From NCBI GenBank assembly GCA_965112155.1, contig OZ218098.1: a DNA stretch of 64,000 bases; one strand, written 5' to 3'. This document shows, piece by piece, positions 52,723-64,000 of the stretch. Under the pieces are notes generated by a model. The model had not been told where the DNA came from and did no database searches. It saw only the letters and a program-made list of their open reading frames with translations. This DNA is from Podarcis liolepis. Lineage: Eukaryota. A program made the translations under genes and the position numbers. Positions within the stretch are counted from its first letter, which is position 1. Every line of letters begins with the position of its first letter.

Positions 52723-55293
52723 TAGAATATGATGTAATCAACCTCGAGATGGATTTTGCTTCAGCGTTAAGGTCAAGAGATAACGTTGAGGCAAATTGTA
52801 ACAAAATTTGTGTTAAGGTGTTTTTTAAATAGCACACGATATTTCAATTCATGTATGTCAATAAATAAATTTGAAAGTAAATGCAAAGTATCATTTGCAT
52901 TGCGTATATATTAAATTGGTCATACTATAAAATGTAAGATACTAAAAGTAATAATTTCCTGAAAATCTTGCTCTCAGACTCTCATACATATTCTTGATTT
53001 TTCTTTTGAGTACTCCTAACTAAATTTACTAATTACCCATGAAAACAGACAAATTCCAGATTGTAGTAGTAAATATTTAAAGTTTCTTGACTATTTCTGA
53101 AATCAATTTTGATATTCCAGCAGGACTAAGCGGATGAAACAATTAATTTCATCCTTTAGCATTTGTCAGTGCTTCTCCTTCTAGAGAGGCCAAAAGTGCT
53201 TTGAATCAGTTTCCCATACGCTGTTGTCATTAATGCCATCTAATTTTAGTGTGTATTTGTCATTGTGAACTAGCAAAACTGCAATGACCACCTTAGAACC
53301 ATCGTTTAAGTTCCCGTGATAGATTCTGAATGCAAAATTTGAGATTTCATTAGCACAAAACGTGATGTGAATGCAGAGGATATCAGTAAATGAACATTCT
53401 GCACCAGAAATTCTCTCAACAAGTCCCATGCTCCAATTTATGCACACGAGTACTTAATTATGGGAGTGATTCTCTCCCCTCCCCAGTTACTGGTTTACTT
53501 AAATAATGCAAATACAAATCTTGCATTTTTCTGTTGATTCCAAAAGAGAAAAAAGGTCAACCATTGCATGTAGATTATAATTGTGTGTCAAAAATTACCT
53601 TGCTGAATGGGGGATCCAGTGACATCTGATCCAGTCCTCCAGCTGGGATCTAAAGAGCCCCATCTGTGCACAGGAACATTCTGGTTTTCAATTCTGGCCT
53701 TGGCCCTCTTTTGCTGGATCGGACGCCATTCCACTGGGTTCTCGGACCTTCAGTAGCAATTTGTGGCAAGGAGAGGCAGCTGTAGAAAAGAGAGTGTCAA
53801 ACAGATTCCCTAAAGAAACTCGAAAATAAGACAGAAAGAGACCACCGCCACCACCTGCAGTTTGGCTGGCATTTGGTAAATTGGAGAACTACCTCCTCAA
53901 CATGGAGATTCTGTTCTTTACTGCTAAGGCTACTAACCATTCATAGAGCCTGTCCTTTGAATTAATCTTGTATGCTTTTAATCTGATGGTTAGCACAGCC
54001 ACCTGTCAAGAAGCTGGAACTCTTTGTGCTTGGCACCCTCCCACAACATCCTCTGCTTAGGAGACAGATAGACATGCGTGTGATAAATGGATAATGCCAG
54101 TTTACTCATTTGGACTTACCTCTGACTCCTGCTGTCATGCCTTTCGGGGTTTTTATTTTTAGCATCTGAAAATTATATCCCATGCATTTCACAAGGGAAA
54201 TCGTAATTGCTAATCTTTTGCCCGTATGTGTTAGCGAAGGATGCTAGCGAGGTATGATTTGGAGCAGACATTGAAATATATGGAGGAGCAACTTGCAAGG
54301 CATGAGCTCTCGACCCCTTAGAAGGTGGGGCCTTTTGTGTAGAACGCCTGCATATTAACACACCTGCAATCATGAGATCAGAAACTTGCTTTAAAAAAAA
54401 TCTGTGATTCTGTGCCAGCTGTCAGATTCTCCCAAATTCCAGGCCTGGTAAACCACCAGTCCCATTTCTAAAGGTTTACTTTTGTGTAACATTTTAAAAC
54501 TCCTATTTTTACTGATGTTTTCATGAAACTTTATTTCTGCTTAGTTTGGCAAGTAATCCGCAGCCCCTCCCCCCCCCAAATTTTACACGTTAAGGATGTA
54601 GAACAGACAAGCAGGGAGGGGCTGGCAGAAAGGTGAACACAACATTAATTATTAAATTTGCAAATATAATATAAGTAAGGTTCAGCAACAGAATTTTTAT
54701 CTCCCTTTTCAAAGCTGGACGCTTAGTGAACAAAGCAAGAATTCTGCTGGAAGCTGGAACAATTGCACTTTCAGTTTAGTGCTAACTTTACTCTTTTTAA
54801 TTTGACTGTTCAGAAATGTCTGCAGTTCACAGTGGCTGAGTACATTTCCAGATATCATTGGGCAGTTCATTTATGGTCACGCTGTCTTTATGTAATAAAA
54901 GTTTGGGAGAAAAGAGTGTATAAATTAACATCTCTAAGCATTCACATATTATCTCAGTGCCCACATCTTTGCAGATTAAACGAGAATTTGAGTGGCACAG
55001 GATGGAGGTTCAAACTGAGAATGTCTCGTGCAAATTCTGCACGAGCTAAAATCTGAACTAAATCAGAAACTTTTAGCTCATCCTTCTGACCACTATGCTA
55101 GTTCACTCTGTGGTGTTAGTGGGTATCAGATGATGAGCACATCTCCATGTTGAATCAAAAGCCCACTTAGCCACTTTCACTTTTATTTTTAGTACCTTAA
55201 AGAGCTCAGCTCCCTCACCAGAAGAGGTGATTCAGACCTCTTTTACTGTTAAGAGAATTTGCTCAATATTCCCCCCCCCCTCTCTTTCCGCAG

Positions 55294-55470
55294 GCATTTA
55301 TCAGACGTTGCTTGGCATACCGTAAGGAGGACCGGTTTGATGTTCATCAGCTAGCTAATGATGCTTACCTACTCCCGCACATGAGAAGATCAAATTCTTC
55401 AGGAAACTTGCATATGACTGGACTGGCAGCATCTCCCACGCCGCCAATATCTAGCATTATTCCCTACTGA
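55294..55470 (+). CDS. TLK1: TLK1 last coding exon 21 ([40 protein letters not shown]...SSIIPY*)
   Basis: ccgcag|; TGA at 55468-55470; RRSNSS checkpoint-kinase phosphosite context retained. Confidence 0.97.
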   Translation, partial: AFIRRCLAYRKEDRFDVHQLANDAYLLPHMRRSNSSGNLHMTGLAASPTPPISSIIPY

Positions 55471-57085
55471 AGCTTCTTAAACATGGAAGGCTTGCATGAT
55501 ATCGTCATGTAGTTTTGCTGCAGCGGACTTTCATTTGAAAGCGTTGGATTAGTGTTTTGACACAAGTTTAACAAATGGGGTGTTCAGACTGTGGCTCTTC
55601 TACAAATGTCATTTCTAGGATTGGACTGGATCATGGTCTGTGAAGGGTACATTCATTTCAGACTCTCATATTGGAAACATTGAAGGACAGCATTACCTGT
55701 TGCCTCCAAGCAGATGTACTGTGTTTTTAAGACTGAAGAAAATGCGTGTTTTCAGGTTGCCGGGAGGGGAACACTGTAAATAGCCTTTTTAATACTTAAC
55801 AACACTTTTGGTTGATACTGGAGAGCTCTAATAAGGGTAGTTTTTCATTATTTGAATAAAGAAGAAAATGAATGAAGCACGGAAGAACAGCACAGTGCCT
55901 GGACAAAAAGCTAAATAAAGAATCTTTCTTCCCAAGAAGTCAACGTTTCAAAAACCAAAGTAAAAATGAGAGACACAGCTGTGTATTGTTAATTTCTTTG
56001 GATAGAAGTGATTTAGTATTCTGGGGGCTGGGGAGAAATCTTTAAATAACTGTTACGTTGGTTGAATGACTGTATTTCCAAAGGGATAAAAATAGCATTT
56101 TAAGTAAGGTAGCAAAAGCTAGTTTGGAAACTAGTTCAATTATTTAAATGGCATTTTGATACTTAGCGGACGTGTCAACTGATAGCCGCTGCCCAGGCTT
56201 TTGAAGAGGGATCTACAAAGGCCATGTATGTAACCAAAAGCAAACAGGTCATATTCAATGTTTCTATGCAGGATAATGACAAAATTCCCTTCTAACTGTA
56301 TTGTAAATTGTTGTACAGAGGTCATATTTTCAGTTTAAAAAATTTCAGCAACTTATTCCTGTACAAATGTTTAAAGTATGGCTTTTCTAATTGGATATTG
56401 TATTTTTTTTAAGTCTCATTGAAGGCGCTTTTAATTGCTGCTAAATGATGTTGCTTTTGCTTTTGCAAAAAATAAAAATAAAATAAATCAAATGACCTCC
56501 TTAAGGTGCAAGTCAACTGTACGTCCTAGAGAGACTGAAAAGTAGATAATTCATTAACAATCAAGGCATGTAAAACTGATCTGTGTTGGAACTATACAGT
56601 GCAGTTCAAGTCAGTTTCCTGAGCTGGAGCACGTTGATAATAGATGTAGAAGTTGTTTATGGTTATTCACGGTTTCTGGAAATTCTGTCTACAAGGTGGG
56701 AAGGTGTTCCTCTAAAGAGATGTTTCTTGTGGCCTGTACAGATATTTTAAAATGTGAAACATTTTCTAACTGCCTTGTACGGTAGAATCTTTTTTTCAGA
56801 ATGCAGTATCTCTCCCATACAAGATTCCTTTTACTGTCACATTCATAATGCTGAATACCTGTACGTAACTTTGTCCATGTTGCAGAAAGGAAGGCTGTAT
56901 TACCACAAGGTTCCCCCCCCCCCATTTAATATTGTACAGTTAAACTGTGGCTCTTGTTTCTGATGTTGCAAGCCATTTTGTTTTCATTGTACATAAGGAT
57001 ACATTAACTGTCTCTTCAAGATGCTGCTGAAATTGTAGAGAATGTAGCCAAAACAGTAATAAAATAATGACAGTTGGAATTTCAA
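55471..57085 (+). other. TLK1: TLK1 3'UTR (end approximate)
   Basis: AT-rich stretch without recognisable TEs after the stop; AATAAA at 57058-57063; further AATAAA near 55855 and 56470. Confidence 0.7.
57058..57063 (+). terminator. Probable distal polyadenylation signal
   Basis: AATAAA with upstream TGTA motifs and a T/G-rich stretch downstream; TE-derived sequence resumes ~350 nt later. Confidence 0.6.
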
Positions 57086-57410
57086 GTAGTTCTCAAGTTA
57101 TTGCTTTGGATTGAGAAGGGCATTTGCGATAGAACTTCGTTCGTTTTCATATCGGACCACTAAGTTCTGATCTTGGAGGCTGTCCATATATTATGTGGGA
57201 ACAATGAAAAAGACACAGTACAAGTGACAAGGGCTATTATTACTTTCCCCATGTTCTACAGTGGTGATGTGTGCATTTTCTTACACTGAGATCTGTGCGT
57301 TTCAACGTCACCTGGGACTGTCCCCTTTCAGCTGACGTGCATGAGACCCACATCTCACATTATTGCAGTTGGGGACAGGAGTCTTTTGCGCAACTTCTCA
57401 CTTCTAAGTA

Positions 57411-57646
57411 CAGTCATACCTCGGGTTACAGAAGCTTCAGGTTACGTTTTTTCAGGTTACGGACCGCCAAAACCCGGAAGTACTGGAACAGGTTACTTCC
57501 ATGTTTCAGGGGTTGCGCATGCGCAGAAGGGCTAAATCACACTTTGTGCATGCGCAGAAGCGCTGAATCGCAACCCATGCGTGCACAGCTGCAGGTTGCA
57601 AACGTGCATCCCGCACGGATCATGTTCACAACCCGAGCGTCCACTG
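57411..57646. mobile_element. Tigger-like MITE carrying GCGCATGCGC motifs
   Basis: TA|CAGTCATACCTCGGGTT...AACCCGAGCGTCCACTG|TA. Confidence 0.8.
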
Positions 57647-58279
57647 TACTATGTTTGCTTGGGGGCATATAAAGAAGCCAGATGCTAGGAAATTCAGGAG
57701 AGACACAAAGGCAAAATTAAAACAGTGGCATTAGCTTCCATAAGATGAGGTGATGTCTACCAACTTGGATGGTTTTCAAAGAGGTTACACATTTACGGAG
57801 GCTGAGACTTATCACTGGGGACCAGGCATGGTCGCTACAGACTATCTTTGCATTGTTTGATTTCAGTGGACTTATAATTGCAATAAACTTTATAAACCCA
57901 TGCTTGAACACCAGATCTACATCTGCATAGATCTCCCTGGCTCTAGTTCATATTGCAGTTTTGATGTTTTTGGCTGTGCGGAGATTATGAACCGGTCTTA
58001 CTTGGAGCTGAATTAAGTTGCAATTTTGTTTTCTTTTGCATAAAATTTCACTTTGGCTGCATGCAGCATGCACTTCAGAATGTGCTGAAGACTTTGTAAT
58101 AGGAGCAGCAACCCCAAATAGCCATTTGCCCCTTCAGTGTGTTTGTCTTTATTTTACCTACAAAAAACAAAAGCGAGGGGTTATAAATCTTTTAAAGATG
58201 TTTTACTTGAATTCACCCACTAATCTCCTGAGATGCACATGCGGTTAATTTGGAACGTGCAACCTGGACAGGTAAGGCT

Positions 58280-59160
58280 AAAAGGCAGAACACCGCCATC
58301 ATGACTAGTAGCCATTGGTAGGCTTTACTGCCATGAATTTGTCTAATCCTCAGATAGATGCCATTTGGGCCTGGCGTTTTGTTTTGTTGGTTTTTATTTT
58401 CCCTATTAGACCACGTACTTGGTCTCTCATCACTATTTGCCTCAGTTCCTCAAACTGCCTTCCAGCAAAAGTTAGTTCAGTCTCAGGAATATGCCCTCTG
58501 TCTTCCTCTCTGAAGACTGATGCAAATATATATATATAAATTTCATTCAGCTTTTCTGCAATCTTTTCATTCTCCTTTAGCATAGTATTAGACTCATTTG
58601 TCTTCCAAGGGTCCAACCACGTCTAGCTGATCCCCTGCCACTAATATATTTAAATATTTTGTTGCTGCTGTTCTTCGATTGGCGCATTGTGCTTTTAGAA
58701 AATTCTTTCTTAGCATCGCTTATTGTCTGCTTGCATTCCTTTTGACCAAGTTTGTGTTCCATTTTCTTCGCATTTACACATGACTTCCATTTCTTGAAGG
58801 AAGACTTCTTGCCTCTAATAGCTTTCATAAATCACACTGACATCTTCTTGGCCCTGATCTGTGGTATACACTCCAGCTGAGCTTTCTACATTGTGTTTTT
58901 AAACAACTCCAAAGCATTTTGGAGCGATTTGACCATCTTGACACTGCCTTTCAACTTTTTACCAGTTCTCCCCATTTTTGAGAGGCTACTTCTTTCGAAG
59001 TCACATGCAACCATGTTTCATTTTCTTGGCAACTAACAATTTACTTGGTCCATTTAATTTTATTAGATTTAATACCATTTAATTTAATAGCACTTGGTCC
59101 ATATTCCCAATTTCTTCAGCTTATATCTTGCACCAAGTCCTAGTTGCTTCTCAAGATTAA
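58280..59160 (-). mobile_element. Degenerate CR1 ORF2 internal fragment
   Basis: ORFs 58350..58616 and 58577..58828(-): KKSSFKKWK..IFKYI..AEKLN..FASVF..E. Confidence 0.75.
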
Positions 59161-59232
59161 TATCCAGGGTTACCAACCCTCTGGGTCTGTTCCATGGCCA
59201 CCTGTTTCAAAGCACAATTGTGTAAGGTACAT

Positions 59233-59595
59233 GGGATGCGGGTGGCGCTGTGGTCTAAACCACTGAGCCTCTTGGGCTTGCCAATCAGAAGGTAGGCGGT
59301 TTGAATCCCCAGGACGGGGTGAGCTCCCATTGCTCTGTCTCAGCTCCTGCCAACCTAGCAGTTTGAAAACACGCCAATGCAAGTAGATAAATAGGTACTG
59401 CTGCGGCGGGAAGGTAAACAGCATTTCCGTGCACTCTGGTTTCCGTCACGGTGTCCCGTTGCGCCAGAAGTGGTTTAGTCCTGCCAGCCACATGACCCGG
59501 AAAGCTGTGGACAAACACCAGCTCCCTCGGCCTAAAAGCGAGATGAGCGCCGCAACCCCATAGTTGCCTTTGACTGGACTTAACTGTCCAGGGGT
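59233..59595 (+). mobile_element. Sauria SINE lacking its tail
   Basis: gggatgcgggtggcgctgtgg head; ends at caggggtc. Confidence 0.9.
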
Positions 59596-59821
59596 CGGTG
59601 CACACCGATCCCTCTTGCTCTCCAGGCTTCGCTTCGCTGGAGAGGCGCACAGTTTTCCCTCTCTGCGCAGCGCCCCTTCAGCGAAGCAAGAGGAGAAGTG
59701 GAAGGGACTCCGCTTCTCCTGCCGCTTCGCTGAAGGGGGGCGCTGAACAGAGAGGGAGAGATTTTTCCCCCCTGTTCTCCCCCTCTAAAACAAGGTGCGT
59801 TCTATAGAGCGAAAAATACGG
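59596..59821. mobile_element. Right end of a Tc2-like element (same family as 15871-16604)
   Basis: ctatagagcgaaaaatacgg|ta. Confidence 0.8.
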
Positions 59822-59977
59822 TATTTATCTACTTGCACTAGCGTGCTTTCAAACTGCTAGGTTGGCAGGAGCTGGGACCGAGCAATGGGAACTCACCCCG
59901 TCGCAGAGATTCAAACCGCTGACCTTCTGATTGGCAAGTCCTAGGCTCTGTGGTTTAACCCACAGCACCACCCGTGT
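59822..59977 (-). mobile_element. Sauria SINE 5' half
   Basis: tatttatctacttgcac...cacccgtgt. Confidence 0.88.
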
Positions 59978-61994
59978 GTTGGTCAATAGGGGGGAACAAA
60001 AAGCCCCGAGGAACAATATCCCAATACATTTATTAGAATTACAGTGCCAGAATGTCGTGAAGAAGCTTTTGAGCTCCTCGGACCTCACCAGGCAAGATGT
60101 TTTCTTACTTTATTTATTTATTTTATAGCTGCCCCATGAAATGAGTTCTCTGGGCAGCTAACAAAGAGTTCAAGAAACAGTAGGATCTTCAGGGGTGAGG
60201 AGGAAAGAGAGAGGGGGTGCTTTTTTTGTTTGCCACAAAACACAGTTCCAGCAGCATTGATGGAATTGTGGTTGCCGCCTTCTCCAAAGGCTATTGATGG
60301 TGAATTGTATAATGAGCTGAACTTCAAAGACTCGCTGGGACTACTGAATTTGTTCAGTATGCAAGTCCAGTATTCTGCTAACTGAAAAATGCCTGGACAG
60401 AGTATCTGTGTTTCTGCTTGCTCTATAAGTTTGTGAGTGAGAATGATCAGCTTCTTGTCAAGTGTTATGTTTTCAGAGCCTTCTATATAAGTGGTTGCTG
60501 GTTTTTTTTTAAAGTGATGGGGACCTCTTTTTTTAAAAAAGGTTTAAGAATTATATTATGCAAGCATGGGAGCTGGGAATTGTCAGAATAACTTGCAAGG
60601 TTGCAGACATCAAGTTGTGGCTCATCAGGTATGGGGTATTGATCCATAAAGGTGATGGCTGCATACTATAAAGGTATCACAGTACCAAGCATTGTACTCT
60701 TCTATTTAATTGTACTAACATCAACTTTCTTAAGTAAAACAGGCTTCATAATTGGAACAATCAGCAGCTTGAGTGGCAGCTCAATTAATCAGTAGAATTG
60801 GCAGTGAAATCTCTGATTAATTAAACGCTTAACAAATTTAATACTGAAATGATGCCTTTTTAAACTAATGCTTTCCCACTCAGCAGGCTTCTGTTTGTAA
60901 TTAAAGTTGTCTTTAACATAATTGGAAATGAGAACCTCCGGTAGAATTTGTCTTTGGGAAAGATGATAGTGAAATGGATGTCAAAGCTGTGGTTTACTAA
61001 ACCAAAAAAATCGTAAAATACTTTTCAGATAAGACCACTTATTTTTCAGCAACCTATAGCTGGCTGGAAAGAACTGTGTCCCTGAACATGTGCAGAGTAC
61101 CTTTTCCAGATCGGTGGAAAATTGCAGTCAACCATTGTGTGTCTGGTAAGAGCGGGGAAAACTTTTGGCTTCAAAGGCATGATTTTCATATTCCACAGAT
61201 GAAGTGTGGTATAGAAATTTAACTCACCTAGACAGAATGATCAACTTCTATAGAAAATTTATGTGATTCCACTGATGTTAACTGTGTCTGAAGCGACTTA
61301 GTGACTTGGGTTAATCAAATATCTTGAATTTCAATTGGTCGCTTATTTTTAATGTGATGCCCAATGGGAGCCAAACTAGACATGATACACATTGCATAGT
61401 TTGTCCTTTTGTCCCCTTTTGTGGTTAATTTTAACTTTATATTTCCAAACAGGTAACTGTACAGATATAAGAAATGAAACCAAGTAAGGAAAAATCAAAC
61501 TGATCCCACTTCAACATTAATCCAATCACCTTGAACAGACATATAATCAAGGTGTTAATAATAATAACAAAAACCTGATAGCTTGTCAAAAGGGCAGTTT
61601 ACATTAATAAATTTACATGGCAAGAACAATACATATCAGGATAAGTGGAATTTTATGATTTCCAGATCCTTGCCTAATGTGATTGGGGAATCTCTGTTAC
61701 CATCTTTTTATGTTAGCAAAACTAATAACATCTGACCACACTTTAGCAACTTTTATCTGGTTCTGAGAATCCCTTTAGAGCCCTTAGTTTTGCATTAATC
61801 TCTCTGTTAAATGCTAGGTACCATACTTGGTGGCACCAATATTCCAGAGTTTCCCTCGTCAGTTCCTTCAGTCATTTTTATTCCAACTGTCATCAGCAAA
61901 AAGCTTAGCTATCTGTTTCTGAGTTTGGGGTTGAGTTGAGGTCCATCAAGGCTAGCTGTGGGTTTTTGTCCACAGACTGCTATATAACCTCCTA

Positions 61995-62352
61995 AGGTAA
62001 AGGTAAAGGGACCCCTGACCATTAGGTCCAGTTGTGACCAACTCTGGGGTTGCGGCACTAATCTCGCTTTATTGGCCGAGGGAGCTGGCGTACAGCTTCC
62101 AGGTCATGTGGCCAGCATGACTAAGCCGCTTCTGGCGAAACCAGAGCAGCACACGGAAACACCGTTTACCTTCCCGCTGGAGTGGTACCTATTTATCTAC
62201 TTGCACTTTTTGGCGTGCTTTTGAACTGCTAGGTTGGCAGGAGCAGGGACCGAGCAACGGGAGCTCACCCCATCGCGGGGATTCGAACCGCTGACCTGCT
62301 GATCGGCAAGTCCTAGGCTCTGTGGTTTAACCCACAGCGCCACCCGCGTCCC
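61995..62352 (-). mobile_element. Full-length Sauria SINE with 13-bp TSD
   Basis: TSD ATATAACCTCCTA at 61982-61994 and 62354-62366. Confidence 0.94.
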
Positions 62353-62791
62353 AATATAACCTCCTAGTTTTCACCAAATGCACAATTCCAGAAATGGTGA
62401 GCCCATGGGCAGGACCACCACATATGGTGATAGGTACCAAGTTCTCCAGTATAGCACTGGAACTCATTAAATACAACCATGTGGTATATGTGCTATCTTT
62501 AGCATAGATTATTTGACCGGGGTTGATGCTGTTTATACAACTGATTTATTCCACAAATTAACTGGGTCAACTTCCTCAGTTTATATACCCCAATAACTCT
62601 TGTTCCCAATCACACTCCCTTACCATTTAAGAACAGGCGCACCCCAAACTGTTGTCCAGTAATACAGTATACAGTTTGGAAAACATACCCTTTGATTTCA
62701 GCAAAAAAAATTTGTGATCCAAAAGGGGTCCACTGTTTTGTGGGCTTGATCACTATTTTAGGATGCACAAAAAGGTTGTGTGCCTGCTTCT

Positions 62792-63172
62792 TTGTTGTTG
62801 TTGTTTAGTCATTTAGTCGTGTCCGACTCTTCATGACCCCATGGACCAGAGCATGCCAGGCACTCCTGTCTTCCACTGCCTCCCACAGTTTGGTCAAACT
62901 CATGCTGGTAGCTTCGAGAACACTATCAAAAAATCTCGTCCTCTGTCATCCCCTTTTCCTTGTGCCCTCACATCAGGGTCTTTTCCAGGGAGTCTTCTCT
63001 TCTCATGAGGTGGCCAAAGTATTGGAGCCTCAGCTTCACAATCTGTCCTTCCAGTGAGCACTCAGGGCTGATTTCCTTAAGAATGGATAGGTTTGACCTT
63101 CTTGCAGTCCATGGGACTCTCAAGAGTCTCCTCCAACACCATAATTCAAAAGCATCAATTCTTCAGCGATCC
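62792..63172 (-). mobile_element. RTE-BovB 3' end with (CAA)n tail
   Basis: Closely matches 1-340; ttgttgttgttg tail on + strand. Confidence 0.92.
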
Positions 63173-63733
63173 AAATGATATTGCCTAGAATTGGTTGCAG
63201 TTCTGGACTCCTATGTTTCCAGCATTTCACCAACGTGTTTGTAAATCGGTTCTCTGTCATTTTCTGCATTTGCAGTGTAGCAGATGTCTTACTTAGCACA
63301 ATAGGAGTCCTCCTGTCAATTTATTCTCCTTCTGTATCCACCTTCTATGTGAACTATCTAAACAGAGAGATGTTAGATAATAACATTGATTAGCTTTATA
63401 CAATGCTTCCAAGTCTCGATTGCCCTAAATTTGTGGGAGTTTGGTTCAGTGGGAACAGAACATACGCAATGTAAAGACAAAATAATAAATTCTGTTAAAA
63501 TGTTTGCAGGTCTGTGCTTGTAAACATGCAATAATATATTCATTCAACTGTTTTCTGACTGTAAACTGTCTCTCCAGGGTGTGGCAATCATCCCATTTGT
63601 GGCTATGAAGAAGAAAGCATTATTATTATTTTTTACCTGATTTGTACATCAAACGATTCAGAAAATGGGTTTATTTTGGAGTACCTGTCCTATCGGCTTC
63701 CTCTGCTTTCTGTGGGTCTTGGAGAAGACTGTA

Positions 63734-63959
63734 CAGTGGTACCTCTGGTTAAGAACTTAATTCATTCTGGAGGTCCGTTCTTAACCTGAAACTGTTCTGG
63801 ACTTGAGGTACCACTTTAGCTAATGGGGCCTCCCGCTGCTGCCGCGCCGCCACCACACAATTTCTGTTCTCATCCTGAAGCAAAGTTCTTAACCTGAAGC
63901 ACTACTTCTGGGTTTGCGGTGTGTGTAACCTGAAGCGTATGTAACCCGAGGTACCACTA
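63734..63959. mobile_element. CAGTGGTACCTCG-family MITE
   Basis: TIRs; same internal sequence as the 11006 copy. Confidence 0.86.
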
Positions 63960-64000
63960 TATTCACATTACGAGAGAGAGAGACTCAAACTGGGGAAGCT

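Noticed and set aside
53185-53270. Possible alternative last exon after cttctag (RGQKCFESV...*)
   Set aside because: Only an acceptor-like motif; the peptide has no kinase similarity and there is no other support
57100-64000. Neighbouring gene (e.g. GORASP2 3' end) on the minus strand
   Set aside because: No recognisable exons within the window

Overview
Vertebrate nuclear DNA, almost certainly a squamate and probably a lacertid lizard (inferred from Sauria SINEs, BovB, young L2/CR1 LINEs and a MIR/Ther1-like Squam3-type SINE). The window holds most of the tousled-like kinase 1 gene (TLK1) on the + strand: about 22.7 kb of intron 1 (exon 1 lies upstream of the window), 20 coding exons numbered 2-21 by recalled human structure (22735-55470), a ~1.6 kb 3'UTR and ~7 kb of downstream DNA. 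All exons are flanked by AG/GT and splice into one uninterrupted frame, giving 715 aa from the MDELHS ATG. The rest is largely transposon-derived: BovB, L2, CR1, L1 and Penelope remnants, SINEs, Tc1/mariner and hAT MITEs, several of them nested, plus a solo LTR. I see no prokaryote-type system and no novel protein-coding gene. The best leads are regulatory hypotheses. (1) A sense-strand solo LTR, a strong splice donor and a candidate 38-nt exon sit just upstream of the exon carrying the ATG equivalent to the short TLK1B isoform. (2) Inverted Sauria SINEs bracket exons 8-12, which would circularise into a stop-free 597-nt frame. All comparisons to human TLK1 and all repeat family names are from memory and were not searched.
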